A stretch of DNA of 63,981 bases from a virus (Duplodnaviria > Caudoviricetes), in IMG/VR virus record IMGVR_UViG_3300014933_000403, positions 1 to 63,981 of that record. The stretch is one strand, 5' to 3'. Of the stretch, positions 44,041-54,600 are shown one piece after another. Position 1 is the stretch's first letter, and each line of letters starts with the position of its first letter. The position numbers and the translations under genes are program-made. The notes below the pieces were generated by a model, which was not told the origin of the DNA, did not search any database, and was given only the letters and a program-made list of their open reading frames with translations.

Positions 44041-45305
44041 AGTCAGTAAAAAATACAACGGTGTGCGTAGTGGATTATGGATACTTTTTCCCCATTGCGG
44101 AGAGGCTAGCCAGGGACTGCGATAAAGTATACGTTACTACTATGTGGCAGGATTCAATGCCCAAATGGAATAAGTATGCCATCGGAATGGGGATGGATAA
44201 TGTTGAACGTGTGGATAGCATTTGGGATGTGATTGACGAGTGTGATTGGTTTGTGTTCCCCGATCTGTATCAGGCAGGGCTGCAGGAATATCTGGTATCC
44301 ATAGGTAAGGTTGTATTCGGTGCTCGTTATGGTGAGGATATGGAAATTTACCGAGATGATCTCAAAGAACTGATGGAGAAAGTAGGATTACCAGTAAACG
44401 ATTACAACGTTATCGAAGGGTTCTCAGCACTTAAAAAATACCTTAAAAACAAAGAAGACCTGTATATAAAGACCAACCTTATCCGTGGGTCTGGAGAAAC
44501 ATTCCATTATATCAGCCATAGGCTATCTGAAAGCCGCCTTGACCGCATGCAGGAGATCCTTGGAGCGTTTAAGGAAGAAGCTGTGTTTGTGGTGGAGAAA
44601 CCAATACCTGATGCCGTTGAGGTAGGATATGATGGATTTTCTATAGAAGGACAGTTCCCTGAGATCGCGATGTGCGGTATTGAGGTGAAAGATTGCGGAT
44701 ATGTTGGCGGTCTGGTACCGTATGAATCGTTGCCGGAATGCGTTACCGAGGTGAATGAAAAACTATCCAAGGCGTTTAAAAAAACCAATTACCGGTGTTT
44801 CTTCTCTTCTGAGATCAGATGGGATAAGAAGACAGGATACCTTATTGATTCCACCAACCGTGCTCCAAATCCTCCCGGGTTTCTGATGTGTGAGATCATA
44901 GATAATTTCTCTCAGGTTTTGTGGGAGATCGCTAATGGGGAAGTACCGGTTATTAAGCCTGCTGCCAAGTTTGGTGCTCAGGTGATCATTAAATCCTCAA
45001 TGGCGGCACATTCCCCACAGGCTGTGTATTTCCCTTCCAAGGTGAAAGATCGGGTTAAAATCCAGTGCCCAATGATCAAGGATGGCGTTTTGTATTACAT
45101 ACCGCTTACTGAAGATCATGAAGAGGTGGGTATTGGAAGTGTGATCGGGCTTGGTGATACCATGGAAGAAGCTATCGAAGATGCGAAAAGGATAGCCGAG
45201 ATGGTGGAAGGTGACAGTATTTCCATAAATTGCGATGACTTGGTGAAGGCTAAAGGCCAAATCGAGAAAGCTGCTGAATACGGAATAGAACTCTTTAAAA
45301 AATAA
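44037..45305 (+). CDS. PurD-like ATP-grasp ligase
   Basis: VFG...MEIYR..LKELM...GLP, YIK....RGSGETF, VVEKPI, YLIDSTNR.P.P; 422 aa. Confidence 0.75.
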   Translation: MKSVKNTTVCVVDYGYFFPIAERLARDCDKVYVTTMWQDSMPKWNKYAIGMGMDNVERVDSIWDVIDECDWFVFPDLYQAGLQEYLVSIGKVVFGARYGEDMEIYRDDLKELMEKVGLPVNDYNVIEGFSALKKYLKNKEDLYIKTNLIRGSGETFHYISHRLSESRLDRMQEILGAFKEEAVFVVEKPIPDAVEVGYDGFSIEGQFPEIAMCGIEVKDCGYVGGLVPYESLPECVTEVNEKLSKAFKKTNYRCFFSSEIRWDKKTGYLIDSTNRAPNPPGFLMCEIIDNFSQVLWEIANGEVPVIKPAAKFGAQVIIKSSMAAHSPQAVYFPSKVKDRVKIQCPMIKDGVLYYIPLTEDHEEVGIGSVIGLGDTMEEAIEDAKRIAEMVEGDSISINCDDLVKAKGQIEKAAEYGIELFKK

Positions 45306-45308
45306 CCA

Positions 45309-48300
45309 ATGCCATCATACTCTCCAGACTGCATATTCACTCTTACGCTACCGGATGGATCAAAAAAAGAATTCAAAGGGGAAGAAGCGTTTAAGCAGCA
45401 TTTGGCTGAGAATGATTTAAAACCCCCTAAACCAATAGAAGAAGGTAGTGGTAGTGTAGGGGATGCAAAAGGAGTAACCCCATCTGATTTTTCAAAACAA
45501 ATGGAAGAAAAGCATGGTATTACTTTGGACTTAATGGGTGATTTGAATAAAAAAGGTGCATTAGGTGATTTAACGCTATCGAGAATAGAAGTGCCAAAAG
45601 ATAAACAAGGAAGTGGTATCGGTAGTAAAGCAATGGAAGATATTGTAAAGTATGCAGACGAAAATGGTAAGCGTATTGTATTAACACCATCAACCGATTT
45701 TGGTGCAACCTCCGTTAATAGACTTAAAGACTTTTATAAACAATTCGGGTTCGTTGAAAATAAGGGAAGTAATAAAGACTTTACTACCAAAGAAACAATG
45801 TACCGAGAACCAATTAAAAATGAAACAACCCCAACAGAAGTAAAACAATCACCAAAGCAATTAGCCGATCGTATCCGCAGCCTAAAAAGCGATAAAGGAA
45901 CATTGAACGTATTACCAGACCTAGGTCTTACCAAAGCTATTTATGATGGAGCACTTGAATTCTTAGCTAGCCAGGTAGAAAAAAATACAGAATTCGGTAA
46001 AGCTATTGAAGCTACCGTTAACTGGGTAAATGAAAATATGTCCGGAAAGAAGTGGGGCGAAGCGATGTTTAGAAAGCATATGGAAGATCAGGATCAATCA
46101 TTATCCAAGCCTGCAAAATTTGATATAGCCAAAGAAGATGCGAAACACGTTGCTGAGTTAAAAAAGGACGATGTAGAAAATAAAGTCATCTCTGGTAAAA
46201 CAGTTTCCACCAGAGTCCCAACATCTGCCGGCACTGATCAGTCTGCGGTACATAAAACAGGTGACAACGTAGCTAATCTGAAAGAAGCACGTAAATCTCC
46301 TAGTAATTACATGACCATCGCCCAGACGATTGCCAGCTACGACCTTATGAGAAGATTTACTGATCCTAAAGATGTAAAAGCGATAGAGAAGGGTCTCCTT
46401 CCAAAATCAAAAGGTGGTAGCCCAGAACTGCAGGCAAAAGGAATGGAAGCTGCCGATCGTGTGTATAAGGATTTTGTGCGTAAAGTAGCAGATAACCTAT
46501 TGTGGCTGCACGATAGCGTTCCGGATGATGTTCGCAAGGTTTCCGAGAGGTGGTATGACGGGGCTAATGTATTGGCTCAGAATCTTGCCAAAAAATATAA
46601 GATGTCAAATGAACAGGCATCAGCAGTACTAGCATCTTTAAGCCCACAGATGGATTGGTATAAAAATATCAGTCTAGCTGAACGTGTTATTGATATTGTT
46701 AAAACAAAATCAGATTTCATTATTGATCAAAAGATCATTGATAAATACGTAGAACTTTCTGGCAGAGGTCAGGTAATGAAAGGTGAATCAAAAGAAGCAT
46801 TCGATGCCAGGATGCAGAAACAAACAGAAGATGCAAAGAAGAGTGCAGCCGGGTTACTTGGCAAAAAACTATCCGAAGACCGCGACTATTTCCCTCAAAT
46901 GTTACGATCTTATGATGAGGCATACAATTCAAAATCATACAACGTATACTCTCCAAATGGTGACATTATAGGCGTTGCAAAAAACAAACCAGATAAAAAA
47001 GGAGTTGCTGCCTATTCAAAGGTGGGGTGGCAAGGGTATAGTACTATTGATAAAGCAATATCGTTAGCACAGGACGGCTCCCCTGAAAATATATCAAAAC
47101 AGTTGGGAGAAGAACATAAGGTTCGAAGCTTTAATAACAACATCTCTGATCCTAATTCAAAAACACCGCATGTTACTATTGACACACATGCAGTAGCTGC
47201 TGCATTTCTGGAGCCATTGGCAGGCAGTGATCAAAAAGTGAAGGATAACTTATCCGGCAAAGGATCTGCTGAAACGGGTATATCCGGTACGTATGCTGCA
47301 TTATCTGAGGCTTACGATATGGCTGCAAAAGAAAGAGGAATACTTGCTCGCCAGATGCAGTCGATAACCTGGGAAGCTGTAAGGGGGTTATTTAAAGACA
47401 CGTTTAAAAGTGATGCAAAAAACAAAGAAGCTGTATCTCAAATATGGAAAGATTACGCTAACCATAAAATAAATATCCATGAAGCAAGACAACGGGTTAA
47501 TGATGCTGCCGGAGGAATTGAGACCCCAAGCTGGTCAAGATCAAGTAATAAAAATGCTGTTGAGGGAAAAGACTCCAATAAATCAGGAGACGTATCTGAA
47601 CCAGGCTCTGTGGGGAGCGACCGAGGAACCGGACGAGGAAATGATAAACTCGGTAAAGCCGAAGTGGTTCGACCAGCTGCCAAAAAATTAGCAGACCAGG
47701 TTCGTGAACTTAAATCCAAGAAAGGTAAGCTGTATGACGCAGGCTTAGGTGTTCCTGTCGCTATCTGGGATGGTGCAATAGAAACTATCGCCACAGCTAT
47801 TGAACTCGGAGAATCGATCGTAGATGCCGTTAAACAAGGAGTGCAGCATATTAAGGATAATCATACTGGTGACCCGGTAACAGATAAAGATATCGTTGCT
47901 GCTCTGCATAAAGAGTTGGTTGATTCTGGTCATCTTGATGATCAGCAGAAAAAAGAACTTACCCAGTACAGAGTTGCAACTGCTATCGGTAACCTAGACA
48001 AGGGCAAATCTGTATGGCAGAAAATAAAAGATTTCGTATCCAAGCCGAAAGATATGATCAAAGCCGGTGTTAAAATGTTCCATGCGGCATCGTTTGAAGG
48101 AAGAGAAATGGCTAGAGATACCATGGCTGCTATCAGGGGTATTAAAGGAGAAGAGAACAGAAAGAATGAGCAGGCAGATGCAGAGCACCATAAATTAATG
48201 AATGATTGGAATAGCATCCCTCATCAAGATAAAGTAAACTTCATCCTTAGCATTGAGAACCCGAAGATGTATGGAGATGCTACTCCTGAATATAAAGCCA

Positions 48301-50486
48301 TGGCTGATATGTACCGCCAGCGTATGGATGATGTATTCGATATTTTAAGCAAGATCAAGGATGTTCCATACACCGAAGATTACTTCCCTCACTTCTGGGA
48401 GAAACCAGATAAAGCAGGTGCTCACTTTGCAGCAGTGCATGCGAAAGCACCATTAGAGGGTAATAAATCATTCTTGAAGCAGAGGTTCTTTGCTGATATC
48501 CTTTCCGGATTAGAAGCTGGTTATAAGTTGGCAACTGACAACCCAGAAGAAATGGTACGTTTGGCTGAGACCAACGCCTGGAAGTTCGAGGCTGCTCATA
48601 AGGTGTTTAAGGAAATGAAGAGGGACGGCCTGTTGAAATTTTTCAAGACCGGTGGTCAGCCGGAAGGATGGCAGTTGGTGGAAGATCCTTTGTTTAAACG
48701 TATGAGCAGCTTTGTTACGGAAGAAGGCACCGCTAAATCAAGTTCTGGTGGGTACTATATGCCAGAGCCTGTAGCTTATGTGGTTAATAACTACCTGAGT
48801 CGTGGATTCGCAGGTAAAGGCGTGATCATGAAGAATGCCTTCCAATCAGCAAGAGCATACAACAACGTTAAGAACTTGTTCCAGTTAGGGTTTGGGATGT
48901 TCCACTTAACTACCACAACCATGGATGCTACCGTAACCGGTGCCGCTGAGGGGGTTAGGTTACTTACTGCAGGCAAGCCAAGCGGATTTGGACAGTTACT
49001 GAGTTCGTTGGCTGTTCTTCCTAACATAGGCAAAACTCTGTATGTTGGCGATAAAGGCATCAAATCGTACAGGCAAAAGGGGATAATGGATGAATCTGTG
49101 CGTGGGATGATCGATGCGAACGCAAGAACCGGTTTAAGCAAAATATACACTCTTGATTCATATTACAACCTGAAGAAAGGGATTGGTAAACTCAGAGCAG
49201 ATAAAGATTTTTCACAACTGCCGGGAGTCGTTAAGAACCTTGTGCTCACCATCCCTGAGATTGCCGCCAAACCATTGATGGAATGGTATGTTCCCCGTCT
49301 TAAAGTGGGAGGTATGATCCGTACCGCAGAGAACGAAATTATCATGAAAGGTGGTCGCGGTGAACTTTCTCCAAAAGAGATTGCCAGAATATACCAGAAA
49401 GCCGGTGATTCCATGGACGATCGTTTAGGACAGATGGTTTATGATAACCTGTTCTGGGATAAAACTATGAAGGACATGGCATTTCTTACCATCCGTTCGT
49501 TCGGTTGGACAGGCGGTACTATCCGGGCCTTCGGTAAAGGAACACTAGAAGCCCCTGAGTCAGCTAAACGATTACTGAAAGGGCAAGGACTTACTTCAAA
49601 CACAGCCTGGTTACTTACCCTACCTGCCATGGTAGGAACTTACGGGGCAATGTACCAATACATAATGACTGGGAAGAAGCCAGAAGAATGGCGTGATTAC
49701 TTCTTTCCTAAGGACGGTACAAAGAATGCTGACGGAACTGATCACAGGGTTTCTCTTCCCTCCTACATGAAAGATGCATTCTCATATGCCAAAGATCCTG
49801 GTAAGACATTGGCTGATAAAACATCACCAATTATCAACGAAGTGATCAGCCTGTTTGAGAATAAAGATTTTTATGGCACTGAGATATACTCTGGGAATTT
49901 GATTGAAAAAGGAGTTGATATTTTAAAATACGAGGGGGAATCATTTATTCCATTCTCCTTCAAACCACAGAGTTCTTCCGAAAAGGAGCCATCACTCAGA
50001 CAGAAGGTTGAACAGAAGTTCGGTATTATGCCGGCTAAAAAGGAATTCCAACAAACCCCAATACAAAATAAAATATCCGTGGCGGCACAGAAATCATTTA
50101 AGGATGAGGTTAAAACAAAAGCTGATGCCGAACGTATATCTGCTCGTAGAGAACTCAGGAATGACTTATTTGCCGGAACAAAGTGGAATGACATACCTAA
50201 GGAGGTTAGAGATAAAGCCAGGCTTACGAGCAATGGGCAGCAGGCATACATCAGGGATGCCAAGCTGAACCCTTACCATAGAATCTTCCGCGATCTTCCT
50301 TCCGAGCAACAGCTGAAGGTGTGGACAGAGATGAAGCCTGAGGATAAAAAAGAATATAAACAATACATCAACAGGGTATCATCGTTCATAAACCTGGCTA
50401 GGACAAAGCCGGAGTTCTTTGATACCCCAGAACTCAAGGATGCTTATAAGGAAATCACTCATCATGACCTTCCTAAGGAGAAATAA
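45309..50486 (+). CDS. Giant polyvalent ejection protein with GNAT, DNA-glycosylase-like and LPD38-like domains
   Basis: VPKDKQGSGIGS...LKDFYKQFGF; LSPQMDW..N, VTIDTHA, MQSITW; C-terminal SP...ENKDFYG.EIY. Confidence 0.75.
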   Translation: MPSYSPDCIFTLTLPDGSKKEFKGEEAFKQHLAENDLKPPKPIEEGSGSVGDAKGVTPSDFSKQMEEKHGITLDLMGDLNKKGALGDLTLSRIEVPKDKQGSGIGSKAMEDIVKYADENGKRIVLTPSTDFGATSVNRLKDFYKQFGFVENKGSNKDFTTKETMYREPIKNETTPTEVKQSPKQLADRIRSLKSDKGTLNVLPDLGLTKAIYDGALEFLASQVEKNTEFGKAIEATVNWVNENMSGKKWGEAMFRKHMEDQDQSLSKPAKFDIAKEDAKHVAELKKDDVENKVISGKTVSTRVPTSAGTDQSAVHKTGDNVANLKEARKSPSNYMTIAQTIASYDLMRRFTDPKDVKAIEKGLLPKSKGGSPELQAKGMEAADRVYKDFVRKVADNLLWLHDSVPDDVRKVSERWYDGANVLAQNLAKKYKMSNEQASAVLASLSPQMDWYKNISLAERVIDIVKTKSDFIIDQKIIDKYVELSGRGQVMKGESKEAFDARMQKQTEDAKKSAAGLLGKKLSEDRDYFPQMLRSYDEAYNSKSYNVYSPNGDIIGVAKNKPDKKGVAAYSKVGWQGYSTIDKAISLAQDGSPENISKQLGEEHKVRSFNNNISDPNSKTPHVTIDTHAVAAAFLEPLAGSDQKVKDNLSGKGSAETGISGTYAALSEAYDMAAKERGILARQMQSITWEAVRGLFKDTFKSDAKNKEAVSQIWKDYANHKINIHEARQRVNDAAGGIETPSWSRSSNKNAVEGKDSNKSGDVSEPGSVGSDRGTGRGNDKLGKAEVVRPAAKKLADQVRELKSKKGKLYDAGLGVPVAIWDGAIETIATAIELGESIVDAVKQGVQHIKDNHTGDPVTDKDIVAALHKELVDSGHLDDQQKKELTQYRVATAIGNLDKGKSVWQKIKDFVSKPKDMIKAGVKMFHAASFEGREMARDTMAAIRGIKGEENRKNEQADAEHHKLMNDWNSIPHQDKVNFILSIENPKMYGDATPEYKAMADMYRQRMDDVFDILSKIKDVPYTEDYFPHFWEKPDKAGAHFAAVHAKAPLEGNKSFLKQRFFADILSGLEAGYKLATDNPEEMVRLAETNAWKFEAAHKVFKEMKRDGLLKFFKTGGQPEGWQLVEDPLFKRMSSFVTEEGTAKSSSGGYYMPEPVAYVVNNYLSRGFAGKGVIMKNAFQSARAYNNVKNLFQLGFGMFHLTTTTMDATVTGAAEGVRLLTAGKPSGFGQLLSSLAVLPNIGKTLYVGDKGIKSYRQKGIMDESVRGMIDANARTGLSKIYTLDSYYNLKKGIGKLRADKDFSQLPGVVKNLVLTIPEIAAKPLMEWYVPRLKVGGMIRTAENEIIMKGGRGELSPKEIARIYQKAGDSMDDRLGQMVYDNLFWDKTMKDMAFLTIRSFGWTGGTIRAFGKGTLEAPESAKRLLKGQGLTSNTAWLLTLPAMVGTYGAMYQYIMTGKKPEEWRDYFFPKDGTKNADGTDHRVSLPSYMKDAFSYAKDPGKTLADKTSPIINEVISLFENKDFYGTEIYSGNLIEKGVDILKYEGESFIPFSFKPQSSSEKEPSLRQKVEQKFGIMPAKKEFQQTPIQNKISVAAQKSFKDEVKTKADAERISARRELRNDLFAGTKWNDIPKEVRDKARLTSNGQQAYIRDAKLNPYHRIFRDLPSEQQLKVWTEMKPEDKKEYKQYINRVSSFINLARTKPEFFDTPELKDAYKEITHHDLPKEK

Positions 50487-50529
50487 ACATTTTCCGATAA
50501 AATAGGTATTTTTGGTAAACTCTACTAAA

Positions 50530-51039
50530 ATGTTCACTGCAAACTACTCTGTATCTCAATCAGCAACCGGCACAACTGGTTATGTTACCGATACAAGCGA
50601 TTATACTTCTGAGCCGCACAATACATTTGTTTCCAGAACATTGAATATTTACGATGTTTATGGGAACAACCTAGGGCCAGGGTTGTGGCCATTTACTGAT
50701 GGAGATACATACCCATTTGCAGTTACCCCATGGGATTTATCACTTAGAATAGAATTAAAACTAGTTTCCAGCGCTCCTGTTACTGGTAGTGTATACACGA
50801 AGACAGGCATAGCAGTGCTCACTGTTTTATCATACTTGTTTGGCGTGGCAATCGCACAGAATATTGCAGCCAACCCATCTATCGTTAACCAAGTTGGATA
50901 TCAGGACGCTATGTCTAGATTCTGGACTGACCTGAAGAATGCGGTTAATATGGGTAGCTACTCCCAACAACAGCTTGCCCAAACCTTTCTGGATGATATT
51001 TACTACCTGTACCAAAATAAAACAACCTTTTTCGGATGA
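50530..51039 (+). CDS. Putative tail hub or fibre adaptor
   Basis: Beta-then-helix layout; upstream of the fibre gene; preceded by the -7-like TATTTTTG. Confidence 0.5.
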   Translation: MFTANYSVSQSATGTTGYVTDTSDYTSEPHNTFVSRTLNIYDVYGNNLGPGLWPFTDGDTYPFAVTPWDLSLRIELKLVSSAPVTGSVYTKTGIAVLTVLSYLFGVAIAQNIAANPSIVNQVGYQDAMSRFWTDLKNAVNMGSYSQQQLAQTFLDDIYYLYQNKTTFFG

Positions 51040-51635
51040 TACCATCAACTACCATAACTCTGTCGGGCGAACTAGCCAAGATCAGCGGAGGTTTATCCGG
51101 TGCCGATAATAAGGTGAAGGCTATGCTTTCTGATGGCCCGGGTGAGGCTGATATTCGCACTGTGTTCCTGCTTAATTTTTACTCAGACATGATTGACTTT
51201 GCTGCTGCTGTTCTTCCAGGATCTGCAGCACTTAGCCAGATTGCGTTATATGCATATTCTCTTTGTGGCGAATATATCCCGAGAGCAGTTGAGATTGTAA
51301 GTGGCCAGACAGGCGTTATTGTGGTGAACCCCGGTACGAACGTATCGTCCTTTGTCAACTATCAAAGCGATTTCGTTGTTGGGGATGTCGGTGCTCCTAT
51401 AGCCGCAGGAGACACATCGTTCACCATTAACATTGGTAAGAACAGGGTATGGAGTAACCAGAGTGTTACCGTTAGCCGAGATCAGGCTATTCTTCCTCAG
51501 GATAAGCCTGGGTACGTAAGCTATAGTGCCATATACGATACCGTATCTGGTTTAGTCACCATTACATTCACCGAGGCTGTGCAAAATTCACAACTTTACA
51601 TCATAGCATTTAATTACCTAGTCATTTTATCATGA
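51036..51635 (+). CDS. Putative tail hub or fibre adaptor
   Basis: Helical N-terminus and Ig-like beta C-terminus; ATGA-coupled to the fibre gene. Confidence 0.5.
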   Translation: MIPSTTITLSGELAKISGGLSGADNKVKAMLSDGPGEADIRTVFLLNFYSDMIDFAAAVLPGSAALSQIALYAYSLCGEYIPRAVEIVSGQTGVIVVNPGTNVSSFVNYQSDFVVGDVGAPIAAGDTSFTINIGKNRVWSNQSVTVSRDQAILPQDKPGYVSYSAIYDTVSGLVTITFTEAVQNSQLYIIAFNYLVILS

Positions 51636-54600
51636 AAAAGTTTTTACTGATCCTTACGTGCATCTGCATTTCCTTTTTGGCAAAATCTCAGGTGCCGGCA
51701 GGAGCGGCATCTCCTAAATCACCGTCTGGCTTTGCTGAGTATGGGTACCTACTTACCGATAGTGCTGGAATCGCTGCTAAAAGAGATACATCTTGGAGTC
51801 CAAAGTATACAGGATCTTGGGTTTACTGGCAGAATCCAGGCGTTGACTCTGCCTTCTGGGTATTTAACGGGAAGGCTACCGGGAAGAGATGGGATAAGGT
51901 TGTGATCGTAAGCGGAAGTTATTCCCCAGGCACAGGTACGGTTACAGCTGTTATAGCAGGAACTGGCATGAACTTCTCAACCATAACATCGTCTGGTCAG
52001 GTAAAAGCTGATACGCTTGTATTATCAACAAGACTTCATGTTGATAGCGTTGCTATGCGTAAGGTTAATTACACAGACACGGCAGCAATGCTAAGTGGTT
52101 ATGCAAAGACAGGTAATGTACCTGCACAATTTAATTTATCAGTAAATGCACCAATAGTTAAGTCAGGTACTTACCCTAATATTACTGTATCAGCAGATAC
52201 AGGTAGGGCAGTAGCAGAATTAGTTACGGGTGGTTCTTTAAATAAAGTAAGGGATAGTTTGCAAGCCAATATAACCGCAGCGACAAGCGGAGTAAGTTCA
52301 TTTGGATTTACTAATGCAAACGGTATTTCAGGTATAGTAACTAACCCAACATCAACCCCAAATCTTACATTAAGTTTAGGGGCTATTACACCAACATCAG
52401 TATCAGCAAGCGGTGGAATATCATCTGCTACTTTATATTCAAGTGGGACTATATTAGCAGGTAATACTATGGCTTTAGGTGGTGCTACTATTATTCCAAC
52501 TACTGGGTTAAATATGAATAGTGTTAGTGGTACATTAGGTAGAGGTGTAGATGTGCAAATATCAGGCACAAGTTCAGACGCTAATTATGCTTATATAGGG
52601 GCATCAGTTGGTGCTGCAACAGGGGTAAATTATGGTGCTTATTTACGTGCAGAAAATTCTTCTGCAAATAACTATGCTTTATGGACTGAAACGGGTAATG
52701 TTTATTTCGGTTCATTACCTTTTGGGTCGGCAGGAACAGACTCCTTATTGGTAACAAGTGGTGGTGTAGTGAAAAAGATAGCTGCTTCTTCTTATCCTTT
52801 ATCATCATCAGTAGTTAAATATACTGATACTTCATCAATGTTATTACCTTATTTAAGGAAAAGTGATACTGCATTTATGATGAGTAATCACTTGCTTATT
52901 TCAGATACAGCTAATATGCTTGCAAGGGGATGGTTGGCTAACCGTTCAAAAGATAGTATATCTGTTTTAAGAGCATTAATAAATACTAAGGGTGCAGGTA
53001 CAGTAACATCCGTAGGGCTTTCTTTACCATCCTTTATAACAGTATCAAGTTCTCCTATTACAAGTTCAGGAACAATAGTAGGTACACTTGCAACCCAAAC
53101 CGCTAATAGAGTATTTGCATCAGCTACAAGCGGTTCACCTGAACAGCCTACTTTTAGGTCATTGGTAGCAGCAGATTTACCCGACCTTTCGGGTTCTTAT
53201 ATAGTAAATGGTAATTCTCAACAAACAGCAGACTTCAACATTAGCGGCAACGGTGTAATAGGTGGTAAACTTGCTTTTGCTTCAGCTTCTTTATCAGATG
53301 CAACTTTAATAAACGCAAGCGGTGGAAGTACGGGATATTCAAGGGGATTTGATTTGAATATAAACCCAACTACTTCTGAAAATAGAGGTATATCATTAGG
53401 GGTGGGAGGTACTACTACGGGAACAAATTATGGTATTTATTCTTCGGTATATGGCGGTAGATATAATTATTCTTTCTATTCATACAGAGGAAACCAAAGA
53501 TTTACAGATACTACGTTCATGCCCGATAGTGGCAGAATATATATCGGTTCATCGGGTTATTATTCAACCAATACAGCCGTTCAGGTTTCAAGGTTACTAA
53601 ACGTATCAAATTTTCCGTCAAATTCGGCACACGCATTTAGTGATGCATCGCAATTTGATGTACCAAATGCGCCTTACGCAAGCTATGACGCTGCATTGAG
53701 ATTTTACTATCATGGCGGTTCGGGTTCGCCTCACGAACACTATAACGGGTTTCAGTTTGCCCCGTCAACACTTGGTACACCTGTTTATATAGGAAGATTA
53801 ACAGGTTTATATTCGGGAACGCATAATATGACTGATGCCGTAATTACTAATTTCTTCGCTACTGTTTATGAGGACACAACACACTTCGCATCCGTTCCTA
53901 CTGATAGAAACTTTCTGTTATATAGTACAAATCCGAATGGGGGAAGAATACAGACACTTGGTGCATTGGATATATCTGGTAAATCTTATTTGAGAAATAT
54001 GTCAAATGGCAGTAGTTCAGATAGTGTTGTTACTGTGGTTAATGGAGAATTAAAAAAGATTGCACAAACATTTGGAAGTGGTACTGTAACAAGTGTTGCA
54101 GCAGGAATAGGAATGAGTTTTACTACTATTACGGGAAGTGGTTCTGTTAATGCAGATACAACTGTATTATCTACAAAAGCAAATGTTACAGCATCTTTAT
54201 TGCCTAAATTAAATCTATCCGATACGGCTTCGATGCTAAGTAACAGACTTAAAATAAGCGACACACTAACAATGCTATCTCCTTATTTAAACGATGCTTA
54301 CAATGGTCTAACCAAATCAAGTAAAAAGGTAAAATTAGGAGGGTTGCTTACTGAAAACACAACCATAACGGATAGCACATTCTCAATGTTATTTACTAAC
54401 ACCAAAAAAATAAACAATTCAAGCAAATTTGGGCAGAATGGTGAATTGAATTTATGGGGGGTAACAGCAGATGATAATACCCAACTTTTGTATGCAGGTA
54501 ACTACGGTTCACTATCGGTTAATTCAGCAGCTACATACAACCCATATTACAACGGTATTTACACAGCTAACGCAGGTATTACTTACTATAATAACGCAGG

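Noticed and set aside
44037-45305. Calling the ATP-grasp gene purD as an auxiliary metabolic gene
   Set aside because: It lacks the N-terminal GxGGRE and C-terminal RFGDPE signatures of PurD and has no purine-pathway context
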